Source: Raja brachyura
Taxonomy: Eukaryota
Length of the DNA: 64,000 bases
Direction: 5' to 3'
Assembly (NCBI GenBank): GCA_963514005.1
Contig: OY740794.1
Span: 50,654,001-50,718,000 of the forward strand
A program made the translations under genes and the position numbers. Numbering within the stretch: the stretch's first letter is position 1; every line of letters begins with the position of its first letter. The notes below the pieces were generated by a model. It saw only the letters and a program-made list of their open reading frames with translations, did not search any database and was not told the origin of the DNA. Shown piece after piece: positions 1 through 14,209 of the stretch.

Positions 1-1309
1 ATACATGATTACAATCAAACCATCCACAATGTACAGATGCATGATATAGGGAATGGCTTGAATAACGTTTAGTGTAAAATCCAGTAAAGTCCAATCACAG
101 ATAGTCCAGGGGCAGTTCCCAAACCATGCTGTGATGCATCCCGATAAAATGCATTTTACTGTGCATCTGTAGAAGTTGGTGAGAATTGTTGGGGACATGC
201 CAACCTTTCTAAGCCTTCTATTCCATGAGTCTGATGTCAGGCATGCAAATGTCATGGCCAGTCTAAAGAAGCTGGTTAGACTAATTATAGCTTCAATGAC
301 AGCAGTGTTGGCTTGGAAGAGGGTGCTGACATTTGTTTATTTACTCTGCCGATGGATTTGGTGGAATTGCCGGAGGCAGTATTGGTGATCCCTTGCCAAC
401 ACTGGGTAATGACTGCATGCTGGGTGTTTGAAATGACAGAGAATGGTGGTTGGCAGGGTGGAAAGTGAGTTAAAGAGATTATCTCAACTTTCTGGAAAAG
501 GGGAAATGGGCGAAAGAAGATACACACAAATAGGACAGATAAGACCACCATTAATTATAATGGAAAGATACTGTGACTGAGCAAAATTTAAAAAATTGAA
601 TAGAAAATCATCTTATACCTACCTCTGGACATTAGGCAAAGTTAACAAGTATGCGATCAATGTTGTTTCCTATGTCAGGTAATCAAAATATAAATAGAAT
701 ACCATTTTGAGGAATATCTGTATCAGACTGAAAGTATAACTGAACTTCGATTATTTTGTTCCTTTAATTCTCTACCCCACTCCTATTTTTACTCAACTGT
801 TCCAATGAAGCTTAATGCAAGTTTGATCAATAGCATCCTTGTCTTTTGAGTAGGCACATTTAAACTATACCTCAGATTTAAAATTGCATTTGACATTTTA
901 AGATAATGCTTCTGCTCCTTCCATTCACATCTCCTTTCAACCCTTCGGTTTCTTTAACCACATCCTTCTGCCATGCCCAAATATCCCCCTTCACATTTCA
1001 TGCTTTTTCCTTTCACAGACCTTTTGACAACTGATCACCGAGTTGGAATTGTGACAATTTTATCGCTCCACAACTGCTGACTGACCTTGAGTACTTGCAA
1101 CATTTTGACCTCAATGCCAATTGCAATTGTATCTTTTCCAAGCTGGTGATCGATCAATTGAAGCACAGGCCAGTGATCACATTTCCAAAAATACTCATGC
1201 AAACCTACTAAAGAACCCTCAGATTTTCACTGTTTGTTTTTGAATGGATTTGGGAAAAGCGAGTTAAGTTCTTCCATTTCATTCACCCAGTTTGTCAAGC
1301 TCCATCTTT

Positions 1310-2310
1310 TCTGTATTGACGACAAAACCTTTCTCATCGGTGAATACGAGAGGTCTTCCTTTTCCTTTAACCCTAGCTATCCCTCAACCATAGTCGACAG
1401 GGCTCTTAACTCCATCCATTCCAATTCTTGTACTACAGCCCTACCCTAGTCTCTTCCATTAGGGCAGGGTTTCCCATCTTTCATCCCTCAACATGTGCTG
1501 CTTTACAGGGGCTGTTCCACTGCGGCGACCTAATCCGCAAATGCAGAAGAGTGTGTTCGACCTTCAAGCTCGAGGGCACTCGCCTGCAAAACCTCGAGCT
1601 CACACACACACTAAAGGCAGGGACCAGGGAAAGCGGGGAGCGCGGTCTGAAATTCACACCCTCGATGAAGAGGAAGGTAAAAGATGGCTGCAGTGTATCG
1701 CAAGTCCTTTAGAGAGCATGGGGCCTAGTTGAGGCCGCGAGTAGGTGGGAGCTTCCCTTGAGCACGAAGAAGAATTCCAGTGACCTCATAGGACCTCCTA
1801 GGACCACGTGTCGACCATGCTGCGAGTTTGACTCTAGGGCAATCTTGCAGATTAGGTCGCCGCAGTGAGACAGCCTCTTACCGCTTCCATTCAGTAACTC
1901 GGATGAAGTAGCAATTCACTAGCAAATTTTCAAATTTGTAAATGGCACCAAAATGTGTCACCTTGTGCATGTGTGAGCTATGCAAAAAGAATTTCAAAGA
2001 GCAGTGAATACGTGACAATGAAGAACGATTTAATTGAATTTAGAGTAGAGTACTGCATTCTGTACTCACAATATAGTCTCCTCTACACTGGAGAAACAAA
2101 AATCCCAGATTGAAGAACAGCATTACAGAGCAGAACGCCTCCATTCAGTCCACAAAGGTCACGAGCTTCTGTCGGCTTGTCATATTGATGCTCCATCGCT
2201 CTCAATCCAACTTCTACTCTATTCCAATGAAGCCAAACCAAGGAAAAGCATGTTACCTTCTAACCAGGCACATTGCCACTACCAGGACTCAATATTAAAT
2301 TCAATAATTT
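1310..2310 (+). mobile_element. Degraded Penelope-like element remnant, interrupted by a MITE
   Basis: GIY-YIG-like S.YSLLYTGETK at ~2065-2100 and RT C-terminal-like sequence at 1310-1500. A similar remnant lies at ~12680-13090. Confidence 0.55.
1507..1878. mobile_element. PIF/Harbinger-type MITE
   Basis: TIR AGGGGCTGTTCCACTGCGGCGACCTAATC with a near-perfect reverse complement at the right end; 3-bp TSD TAC. Confidence 0.8.
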
Positions 2311-3840
2311 TAGATGATTCCTTTCCTGTTTGTGTCTGAACTGGCCACCAACCTGGAGAAGGAATGCTATTTTCTCCTCTTTGGATTTTGCCAGACGTGC
2401 TGAATATTACCAGCTCTCTTATTTCTGCAACTCAGTTCCAGCATTCCCCTTTTCCTCTTACTCACTGCATCCCATTTAAACACACTGCAAACAGGTCAAT
2501 TTTAGTTAACTAATCTTCACCACTCTCAGATGGCACCATCAGTACACTGCAATCTGTTTTATCATAGACATCAGTTTTGTTCTCTCCATTCCAGCCCCAA
2601 AACCTGCTTAGTATAACTTAAAACATTTGTTTTCTCACTTTTCCCAGTTTTGGCAAAAGGACATCAAACCATAATGTTGCTGTTTGATCTTCAATATTGT
2701 TTAAAATTAAAAAAAAACATTTCAGATTCATCACATGCCAGTTTTTTGATTTTGATTTTATTACACCATAAATTACCTATAATGTAGTTTAGCATCTATA
2801 ATAATATTCAGCCTCGGCTTGATGTTAGAATGACTTTAAAATAAAGTCACATTCATTTTTGAGTAGAGAGAAGTGTAGAGAAGCTGTAGATAAACTCTCA
2901 ACTATCACTGTAATAACAACGTGTACAATTACTCAAATCCATCCAGGACTGCAGCAATTATCTCTTTTCTTGGGTGTCATGCTTTTAATTAGATGTCATG
3001 ATGTAATTATATTCATGATTACAATTACACAGGGAAGCATGAAAAATCCTGAAACATCTTTGCTCATTAAAGTTGCTTGTCTATTTTTTGATTAATGAAC
3101 ATATTGATTTTTAAAAAATCATTTTCTTATGGAGTCACTGAAAGATTTAATCACGTGACGATACTACAGCTCTTTTAAAAGATCGTGGACTGCTTTATTG
3201 GATTATTCTCTCACCAGAAAGATTGTGCATGTTTAATATAGTTTAAAATCATTGAACATTGGAGGAAAGAGTCAATGAAGACTGATTATTTTATCAACAG
3301 GCAATATTAAGAAATCAGACAAGGACACTTCAATCATGTAAATCAAGACATTCAATTGTCAAACTTCCAACTTGCTGGAAAATATTGAAATGATTGTATA
3401 TTTGAAATGGCAACAGTCAATGTGATTTAATAATCGATTACAATAGTTCTGACAGCAATCTGTTAGTCGTGATTTAAACAAATATTTCATTCTCACATAC
3501 AGAAGTTAAAATTTTCAGATGGTCAAACATTCTTGCAAATTACTTTTCTAACTGCTTACATCAGTGACCTCTATATTACAAAACATAGGTACACTTCGAA
3601 GATAAATACACTTCCAAATAATCTAAAGTTTTCAAATTTGTAGATCACAATTCCGTTTCAATGTCAATAAAATTATAAGTTATTCGTTATCAATGATGCA
3701 TTGGCAATATTTGCCTTTTGTTCAAACAGCTGCAGTGTTTTGAAAATTTACAGATTTTAGGGGAAAAGACAATTTCGTATGAATATTGCTAAGCATGCTG
3801 CAAAAAACTTTTTGTTGGTAATAACACTTCTCATTCTTAC

Positions 3841-3941
3841 CTGCGACTCCAGCTGAGAGCATGTGTACCAGGCTCGTGTCTGGTTCTAGGACAGCATTCA
3901 ATCTTTCCTTAGAACTGGAGTAAGCAGCAAAGTAAATAGCT
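3841..3941 (-). CDS. SLC25A36: SLC25A36 coding exon 4 ([34 protein letters not shown]); gene continues left of the window
   Basis: Acceptor ttcttgtag, donor AG|GTAAGA, 101 nt. AIYFAAY and EPD..VHM fit SLC25A36 better than its paralog SLC25A33 (AVYFACY). Confidence 0.95.
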
Positions 3942-6900
3942 CTACAAGAAGGAGCAAGATCCCATCATCAGTAAAAAGTTAGTTAAAGGTGAAACCCATT
4001 AACTTAAAGATTCAAATCTAATTCATCTAACCTTGCCCTTTTAGAGATAGGAAGCCATTGTAGTTTTGATCTTTTTCTATGCAAATTTATCTTGCAGAAA
4101 ACACTTTTTGTATATTTATGAAATACATTTTGCCAGTGTCATTTGGTACCATAAACATTGCAGAAACAGATACAGAAAATGTCAGATCATTGTTAATTTA
4201 CAATAAATAAAATATTTAAGGGCATTATCTCCATCCCAACAAGCTAGGCATGTAGATTGTAGTAATTTTAGCTGTTGCTATAAGATTGGTTATAGTACCA
4301 GAACCAGCAGCCCTACGCAAGAACAATGCCAAATCTCGCAACATCCTCCCTGCCCATAGAATATTTTCCTTCACAAATTTTGCACTCTATTACACAAAAA
4401 GGAGTTCCATTAATCCGTCAAAGTACATGCAACCTATTTCCAATCCATTTCTAGGTTGCCAGCCATGACAGATAAGTGCTACCTTATCATGCAGGCCATG
4501 CTAAGGGGACAAGCTTCGATCACAGCTGCTCAATAATGGCTACCATAACGACAACTATTAAAATCACAGAAAGCTGGAAATATTCACATCATCCGCGGAA
4601 AGAACAAACAAGTTAATATTTGGCATGCAACACTTTTCTAAACTAATGTGGAATGTTGCCTTTAGCTGCGACTTTCAAAAATCTGCGGTAGTTTCACAAA
4701 TTTAAAAAACAACATCTTCAGGGGATCTTCTTTCTGTACATCTGCTCAGGCGGAAAATGAACAATGGACCACATCCAAACCAGCGAAGCCAACTTGAGAA
4801 CAATATTGTTTCTCCAACTGTGCTGCCTGTGTCCTGCCATGAATAAAACAAACCTAAACGCCTGTTTTAAGATCAACACCAAATATTGATTCAGATCACA
4901 TGCAGTATTACTAAGTAAACCACCTTGTCTTAGATAAACTGGCCTGGCTCAAAAGCTTTATCAAAGTATACTCTTGACCCAAACGCAACACTATGGCAGC
5001 TCGTCCCATTGGGCCTTGGTCAGATGCCAAAGCCTAACTACCTTCTATCTAAGGGCGAAAGATCAAAACAGAGTTCGATCGCCTGGCCAGAGGCCAGCTG
5101 ACTGCTCAACGTTTCAAACAACAACAGGAGCCTTATTGGCTCAGTGCAGCTTAATGTATTATTTGGTAGATTGACCAGAGTTCCACAAAAAAAACCCCAA
5201 CATTTATCAATGCTGATTATTTGGAGTGAACTCTGAACATATTGCACTTTAAGTTAAGTGCAAAAATTGATCTGGGAAAATAAAAAATCTCTCCAAACAT
5301 TGCTATGAAAATCTCCAGTCAACATTGCACTAATGGCATTGTGCTGTCTTTATTTTTAAATACACAATACAGTGTAAGGTGATATTGGTAGTTTTTCTTC
5401 TCCAGTCAATTTTATTAAAATTAATTACTTCATTAGTTCCACTAATAGCAGGTTGATACGTGCATCACAGTTTTGGACATGTACTTTGGATATTGACAGA
5501 TGTTTTGCATTCATGCTCGTTAATGAGTTACTTCTGAAGTGAGGGATCTACGACATTTTAGTCCATGGTAACTAATGCTCTTGTTCAACAAAAAGGCCAT
5601 ATGTGCTACAACTTAACTCACCCACTCATTACAGCTTTTAGTCACAAATGGAAAGTTCAACAGTATCACATAAAGCTTGTTAGGTTTTATGATCATTTTG
5701 AACACACATCATTAGTCATGTTTGTATTAAATTTGCAATAGGTTACTTTAATGCTGAATAGGACATTATGGGCAAATAGTACTCAAATTACTCAAATTAA
5801 ACAAATCAAATATTTTGTGGTGTCAGTTGATGCTCAACCCAGAGAATGGAGATAACCCTAATTCTATCAAATTAATGGAAGCCAGCTCCTCTCTCAAACA
5901 ACAATCTTCATTTGCACTGGGGCCTTAAATACATCAGCCTATTTTGATACATTTATATACAACTGATAATTTGGGTAGATAATATGCCAGTTGTAAGAAT
6001 AAACCTAGCCAAATCCGCACAAAATAAAAATATTGCAAACTTTAATAGTTTAAAAGTATTTTTTGTTTGAAGTTAGCCAGGGCTCTGGCCGCACAAAAAA
6101 CAAGCAAGGTTTTCACTCACTACGCCTGTTCAATGAAAGATTCAATGATGACAACTTGCTGAGACAATTTAAAAACCGTTTTTACATGGAAATGGTTTAT
6201 GAATGCTTTTCTTTTAAAACAATCAATAATTCAAAATCAGGTTACTCACAGGCAAGGCATAAATGTAATGTGCTCATTTTTGAGAAATATTTTAACTGCA
6301 ATGATAAAACTTCAGTTTGCATGTTATTTGGTGCAAGTTGAAAAAAGTTACCTTCGTATTATTAAAACCCGAGATGTAAAGAACATTTTTGTAGCAAAAC
6401 CTACATATGATAAATGACTGTCCCCGATTCCCCAAAGTTAACCACTACTCCAAAGTTTGCTTGAAATAAAATTCATTTTAAGACCTCTTTTATTTACTTA
6501 TCATGAAGCATAATTAACTTAAACCGCAAAATAATTAAAATGTATTTACAATATTTACAGTTATTGATTTTTCTCCTCACTCTTCAATTTCTAATCTGAT
6601 TGCATTCATCAGCCACTTTAGGTTTAGTTTGCTATTCTTGTTTATCCACCCCACATATTCCCCATTTCAAACTTTGCCTAGGACAAAATATAATGTAATC
6701 TTATGTGAGAATTCCAAAGCTGCTCAATATCCATGTTTCGTAATCCAGTATCCTACAAGACCAGGAGTGACGCAGACCATAAGACATAGGACAGAATTAG
6801 GCCATTCAGCCCATCGAGTCTACTCCGCCATTCAATCATGGCTGATCTATTTTTCCATCTCAACATCATGCTCCTGCCTTCTCCTCTTAGACTTTGATGT

Positions 6901-7169
6901 CTGTGCTACTCAAGAACCTTTCTATTTTGAAGGCCACCATGTGCACTAAGAGACAGCCAAGCTGGAGTCACTTGCGGACATTCAACAGCTGCGGCAGGAC
7001 TTGCACGACATTATCTCCTCCAAGACAAAACAAGATAGCCACAGTAACAAAGAAACATCACTTCAAGATGACAATATCATCATCGCATGACTTGAAAGGG
7101 AGAACAATGTTACACCTAAACGAGCCCCCACAACCCCTGACGGCCATGTGATCTCAGTCTTCGAAGCCC

Positions 7170-7755
7170 ATGTATAAATTCACTGATGGCACCATTTTGA
7201 TTATCCGAATCAGCAATGGTGACGATCCAGTGAAGTGTGATAGAACATCTGATTGAGTGGTGCCACAACAATCTCTTGCTGAATATCAACAAGACTAAGG
7301 AACTGATTGGTGACTTTCAAAAGGGGAATTTGAGAGGCCACGCACCATTTTTTGTATTAATGGGTCGCTGGTGGGGAGTGTTAACAGCCTCAAAATCCTG
7401 AGCATTGAAATCTCGGGTGACCTACCCTGGGTCCATTGCATAAATGCGAACCAGTACCACTACGTGATAGTCTCACACATCCAGATTCAGGAACAGCTAA
7501 CTTCCTACAACCATCAGATTCTTGAACCAACCTGCACAATTCTAATCCTACTGTACACTATGAACCACCTTGCACCATTATAACTTGTTTTTATATTTCT
7601 TAATTATGATTTTGTACTGATGCCTTGCAATTTATGTATAATTTGTTTTTGTGTGAGTGCCCGAGTCCATGCACCTGTGATTTTACTGCAAGCAAGATTG
7701 TTCACTTTACCTAAACCTCACTGCCCTTTTGCGCTTGACAATAAACTTGAACTTG
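7170..7755 (+). mobile_element. Rex1/Babar-like LINE 3' remnant
   Basis: KFTDGT...ISNGD...EWCHN.NLLLNINKTKELI motif and a 3' tail caataaacttgaacttga. Related tails lie at 57390-57790 plus 62681-62750 (the DIRS host) and at 62860-63210. Confidence 0.6.
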
Positions 7756-8223
7756 AAGTCCTAAATTGGTTCAATTGAGCTAGGTATCTGCTGCATAGCT
7801 ATTAAAAAGTGGCTTGGAAAAGCAATTAAATTTGCTACCAAGTTGCATACCAAATTTGCTACCATGTGGCCAATTTATAAAACACAGTTAAATTAAATTT
7901 CAACACCACAACACTTTGTCCCGACAGAGAGGGTGGTGGATGTATGGAAAGAGGTAGTATCGCAGCTTTTAAGAAACATTTGGACAGGTACATGGATAAG
8001 ACAGGTTTAGAGGGATACGAGCCAAATGCTGGCAGGTGTGACTAGTGTGGATAGGACATGTTGGTCGGCATGGGCAAGTTGGGCTGAAGGGCCTGTTTCC
8101 ATGCTGTGTGAAAAATCATAAACTTTTGCTAAAATGTAACAGAAGCAGAAACTCAGAGAATTTGACGTCGTGGTTTTTTTGGTAAGTTTCCTGCTTTTAT
8201 CAATATCTAGTTTTACTGCTTAC

Positions 8224-8301
8224 CTGGATGGCGCAACACCTATCAGATTAGGTCCGAGCCCTCTGAAGAGAGACCGGGGACCTTCCTTTTCCAGAATCAT
8301 C
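8224..8301 (-). CDS. SLC25A36: SLC25A36 coding exon 3 ([26 protein letters not shown])
   Basis: Acceptor ttcttgcag, donor AG|GTAAGC, 78 nt. EG-x-x-x-LFRG carrier motif; in frame with its neighbours. Confidence 0.96.
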
Positions 8302-9172
8302 CTGCAAGAAATAAAGTTACAGTTCAGAACCTATATTGCCAATCTGAAAAATAAATATTGACAACCCTCAATTTGGTCAATTTAAACTGAACATAAATGC
8401 AACACAAAATATGGCTGTTTGATTGATCGTGCCTGCAATACCACATTGCTATAAATTATCCGACCAATCTGTCCATCTTGTTCTTCCCATTGATCTTGTG
8501 GGGCCTTGGTTTAAACATTGAATAATGTCCAATCACTTCCAAGAATTGTAAGCATCAACTTCAACTGCTTATTATTGCCTATGAAGTGTCGATAAATAAA
8601 CATTCCCTCATATTAGAAATATAGAAAAATAGGTGCAGGAGTAGACCATTCGGCCCTTCGTGCCAGCACCGACATTCAATATGATCATGGCTGATCATCT
8701 AAAATCAGTACCCCGTTCCTGCCTTTCTCCCCCATATCCCTTGATTCCTTTAGCCCCAAGAGCCAAATCTACCTATTCCAATCAATTGAAATTCCATCTA
8801 TTCCAGTCATGATGGTTTGTTTAGGCATCAATGCTGCAAAAATCTGTGCTAATTACAACCATTGCATTTAACTATTTACCTAGTCAAAAAAGACTAAATG
8901 TTAAATACAGCTCAACTTCAACAAATTCATGCCAGTTGTCCACGATTAATCCATGTCTTTTTAAACGTTCACTACATCTTAACATTTGTATGTTATGTGC
9001 CCAGAAGTTTACCTGCACAGGGTCTATTATTAGATGGTTAATGCTCACAAAACAATTTATATTTTGTTTAAACAAATTATTAATCTTGAAGTGTAAAGAT
9101 CAGTAGAAAAGCCAACTGTATGTATTGGAAAGGAATGGCCATACATAATTTAAAAATCTGATCTAAAACATC

Positions 9173-10205
9173 CTTTTTTTGTGTGTTTTTTTTTGTTAGA
9201 AGTACAATAGTGTGATACTTTAGTACCTAATACATACATACATATTACCATTCTTATACAACTTTGTATTTTTAATTTAATAATAAAAGTGAAAGAAAAA
9301 ATAAATAAAGAGTGTCGGAATAGATAGACAAGCGAGTAGAAACAGATAGCGAAAGAAATAAAGAGATGAAAAGCTAAAAAGATTGAAAGAAAATGAGAAA
9401 GTCGAGAAAAGAGAAATTAGGAGATATACCTATTTCATATTTTTGCCCATCCGTCACCCGGTTCTGAACCATTTAATTTCTAAGGTTGTGTTATGTTGCA
9501 CCATATGCTTGTAAAAAGTTGATAAAAGGAGGCCAAGTCTTTAAGAATTGATCTGCTTTGCCTAGTAGAAGGAATCACATTTCTTCAAGATGTAGCGTTT
9601 CCGACATATTTGAAATCCACATTTTGAACATTGGCGTGGTTGCGTTTTTCCAGAATTTGAGTATACTTTTTTTGCTGTTATTAAACCGTAATTAAGAAGA
9701 GCTTCTTGGAATATAGTTAGTTTATTTCCCTCTTCCATTGATCCAAAGATAATCAGTTCTGTATTTGGGTTCAATTTTGTGTTAAATAGTTTTGTAAAAG
9801 TTCCAAAAATTTTGTTCCAAAATTTCTGCAGTTTTGTACAAGAGACAAAGGAATGTGCTATAGTGGCATTTTGAGTTTGACATTTGTCACAGATGGGAAA
9901 ACATTTGAAAATATTTTATTCAGTCTAGTTTTCGAATAATATAATCCATGTAAAATTTTTAATTGAATTAGGTTATGTCTTACATTAATTGAAAATTTAT
10001 GTACATATAATAGATTTTTTCCCATCTGCCGTTCGGAATTTTTTTATCAATAACTCGTTCCCAGTCCCTTCTAATTGCCTCTGTCGTTGGTATTTTTATA
10101 TTTAGAATTATATTATATAAGTATGATATTAAATTGCTTGATTCTGCCTTTCTATTCATTCCTTCCTCTAATAAATCTGGGGTTAGAGTTTGATATCTGT
10201 AATAC
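9173..10205 (-). mobile_element. 3' fragment of an L1/Tx1-clade LINE
   Basis: Minus-strand ORF2 C-terminal motifs (QFKILHGLYYS, PICDKC...HSFVSC); T-tract (polyA tail) at 9173-9194. Confidence 0.8.
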
Positions 10206-11024
10206 AAAACAATCAGTAAAAGTAAATTTTAAATAGCAATCAATGGAAATTCAGTTAAACCAACATGCAAAGAACTGGATATTTACCATGATTTCAAATA
10301 ATAACATTAAGCATAAAATTAAACTAACAACAGACAATCAACTTCTGAAAGATATGTGGTCAACAGATGCTCAAGATTCCCACATAGGAGCGAATCAATT
10401 GGAAAATCAGGCAAGTAGTCCTTCTGTTAATTATACAAAGTTGTAAGATAGAACTATTTTAAACACAAAACGCTGGAGTAATTCAAATACACTCTTGAAT
10501 TTAGGAATTACAATTGTTAGTTTATTCTCCACAAGGAAAAGCTACCAAATATACTTTATTTTTTAAATGTTTAATTTCCTTCAAGACTACACATTATGTT
10601 TAAATACAACTAGATGTGCTAGTGTAAAAGCTATAGGATAGAAATTCCCAGCGAGCCCAATAAATAATTCCCTTGGAGATAAAACAGGGAACAGAACTGG
10701 ATTAGAAATCGGATTTTTTAAATTAAAATAAAGCATTGAGATGGTATTCAATTCAGTGAAATAGTAATGGTTAAAATTAATAGAAATAAATATTAAATAA
10801 AACTCTAGAACTTCAACAGCCATATATAGGAAATTCATTTCTCCGGCAAGTCTCGCCAATATTTTGTAAATTATACAGATTGCAACCAGCATGCCAATGT
10901 CAAGAGATGAACATTACTAAGGTGGATGGGTGCCAATCAAATAGGCTACTTTGTTCTGATGGACATTGAACTTCAGTGTTATTGTTGCTGTATTCATCCA
11001 AACAAAAATAACCTTCTCATTTTT

Positions 11025-11125
11025 GCAGTCTGAAGAAGGGTCTCGACCCGAATCGTCGCCTATCTCCTTCGCTCCTTAGATGCTGCTGCACCCGCTGAGT
11101 TTCTCCAGCTTTTTGTGTAACCCTC
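11025..11125 (+). mobile_element. ~100-bp hammerhead-core (Penelope-derived) mini-element with 13-bp TSD
   Basis: CTGAAGAAGGGTCTCGACCCGAATCGTC head, flanked by ccttctcattttt at 11012-11024 and 11126-11138. Many other copies in the window. Confidence 0.7.
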
Positions 11126-14100
11126 CCTTCTCATTTTTAACATGCTTTATAGATGATAGAAAGGTTACAGGAGCTGGGATCAAGTCTCACAATAAAATAC
11201 CCAACCTCTAACTTGCTCTTGTAACCCCAGTATTTCTAAGTATGAAGACACATTTCCTTACAGAAGCCCAACACAGGACACGTCAACGTTCATTCAATTA
11301 ACACACACTCTCCGTATAGTCTTCCATATACATCTTCAAATCTGTGGGCCGTTAATATGCCGTACAGTTCTATGTTATTTCTGACTCCTGCAAACAAACT
11401 TTTCACTGTGTCTCTGTAAACATAGCAGTAATAACCTAAACAATGTACAATCACACAAATCAGAGGTGAAGATCCATGAAGGTTTTCTCACCAGAAGTTC
11501 TGCATTCATTGAATGAAAACAAGGACCTCCCCCCCCCCTTCTCATTTATGATCCAGGCATTACTTAATATTTTGTGACATTTAATTGCTAGCTTCTTGCT
11601 TAAAATATATATATTTTAATTATAACTATTCCTCTACAAAAGAAAGTAAATCATTGATGGATCACATCTCAGATCTAATCATTCTTTCATAGTCAAGCCA
11701 TGGAAAACATTTCAACAGAGGCTAATCCAGAATGTAATTACTTATAGTCATGCTTGAGAAATGTATACCCAATGATAAAGCTAGAGACAGTTTCAAATAT
11801 TGTGAAAGAAGTTTCACACAATTCGCTACAAGTAAGTATGGAGCAAAACTGAGCAAAAAGACATTCAGTTGTGCGAAATGTACTGTTGAAAACAAGACTT
11901 ATGGACCAGTAGCAAAACTGTAAATCACATATGGACTGCCTGCAAATGAACACAGACCTCGTTCCTGCAAGCTACTTATCGTGGCTTTTCTCATAATTGC
12001 AGGCGTATGATCCAATCAAAAGAGAAAAAAATAAATAAATCAGAAACTAATTGTCAAAATCCAATATACTTAATATAATTTAGGAACTATAGATACAGGT
12101 GACCCCCACTTTAGAGATTGTCTTTACAGTACATGAACAGGACCTCTGGCCAACCTAGTCCGACCAGCGATCACTCTGTATACTAGCACTATCCTCTACA
12201 CTACGGACAATTCAGAATTTTACTGAATTAAGCTACAAACCTGTACGACTTTGGAATCTGGGAGGCAACCAGAGAAAACCCACTCGGTCTCAGGGAGAAC
12301 GTACTATTTCAATACAGACATATTCAGGATCGAACTCGAGTAGCTGGCGCTGTGTGACAGCAACTATACTACAGCAAATCTGTGCCACCAAACGGCTGTT
12401 TGAATAACAGAAATTCACCCTTACAGAATTCACAAATCGCTACTCAAAAATGTGAAATCTTGAATAAAATTTGTACTCAGAATTTGTGAAGAAAAGCAAA
12501 TGGACACAAAATGTTTTTTTTCAATTCGTTTCTTGATGTTTGTGCAGCTGACACAGATGTGTGTGATGGAAAAAAGTGATACAAACGATGTCCCCCTCCC
12601 CAAATGCAGGGGGTTGCCTGCAACTAACTATGATTCAAACAAATATACAAGCATCAGCCAGTGCTGTTCCACTTCAGCGAAAATCAACTTCATGACCAAC
12701 TTTCACACCCCCCCCACCCCCACCTTCCTCCCAAATTCACTTGGACTATTTCTGACACTGCTTTCTCCTTTCTGGTCTTTATCTCCACCTCAGGAGGGGA
12801 ACTGTCCATTTACTCCAAACCCCCTAATTCCCACATCCACCTAGTCTACAGCTTCTCCCACCGTCTTTTGCCAGGATACCATTTATTTCTCTTACTTTCT
12901 CCGTATCTGTGGTCAAGGAGGCTTTCTGTTCCAGGAATTTATGTGCAAAAAAGTAAATAAATATGAAGTTCTTTCCCTTAACGTAGGTTCATTGATGTGT
13001 GTGCGCAGATTGTGTGGCTTCTCATTACAGAAAATCATTACCTGGCCCATTTCTATGTAGACAACCCCACCATAATGCCTTTTCTGAATCCCAAACAAAG
13101 ACAGCCAGATCCCTCTTAAAAGTTCCAATCCCAGCAGTGTCATTTACCCGACAACTACCCATTTTGCATTCCATTTCCTGTTCGCCAGTTGATCTTGTAT
13201 CCACACTGATGCACAAGCACACTGGCACAGCTGTTAGCACTGTTGCCCAACATTTCGCAACTGCCAGGTTTGATCTGTCCACAGGGGCTGTCAAGTGTTG
13301 TGCCAATGAACAGCTGCACCAGCTTACTCCTACATTCCAACGGCAATGCTAGTGGGTTAAACACTGACCCTATTCATGCAATTGAGGGCACAGGCCATAA
13401 TTTTTAAAAAGTGTTTAAGAAGGAACTGCAGATGCTGGAAAATCTGCAGTTCTAAATGTTTAGCAAATCTAAATGTTTATGCCGCTAGGGTGCAAACTGC
13501 CCAAGCGGAATATGAGGTGCTTCGCTCCATAGAAATTCGGAAAAATAAGACACAAAGTGCTGGAATAAATTAGCGAGTAAGGCAGCATCTCTGGAGACCA
13601 TGAATTGGTGATGTTTTGGGTTGGGACCAGTCTCAAGGGTCCCAATTGGAAACGTCACTTATCCATGGTCTCCAGTGATGCCGCCTGACCTGCTGAGTTA
13701 CTCCAGCATATTGTGCATTGTGTTTGTAAACTTGCTTTGCAGTTCCATCTCTACTGTAAATTATCCCTTTGTGCAGACTGCAAATGATAGAAATGTGATA
13801 CAGCACTTTAACAAATGTTTTCAGAAATAGCACAGTACATCCTGGGATTTACCATTATCCACAGTATGTCATTATTTCAAGTAGCATTATGCCTACTTAA
13901 CATTTCAGAAACCTTGCTTAAAGTGCTGAAAATCCAGTAGAAATGTACTACTCATCACTGGACGAGAAGTTCAATGGCAGATGCAACTGGACAACTATTG
14001 ATCAGCAGCATGAAAGGTTCAAGACTTTCAACTTGTACTGACAGTGCTAAATGGCAGTACCTTCACACAGATCTGTTAATATATTCACTCAAGAGGATTT

Positions 14101-14209
14101 GAGCTCACAAGTTATTTGTTGTATACCTCTCTCAACCATACTTCTTTATATGCATATATCTTCTGGGGAGGAATCTTATTCATCCGTAATCAACATATTT
14201 GGACATTTA

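Noticed and set aside
612-670. Strong minus-strand donor (GAG|GTAGGT) as SLC25A36 exon 5
   Set aside because: The upstream sequence does not encode the expected T..PIW.IKTRLQLD motif. Exon 5 appears to lie outside the window.
12913-13364. Cluster of overlapping ORFs with a donor-like site at 13041
   Set aside because: No recognisable protein similarity; overlaps a degraded Penelope-like remnant.
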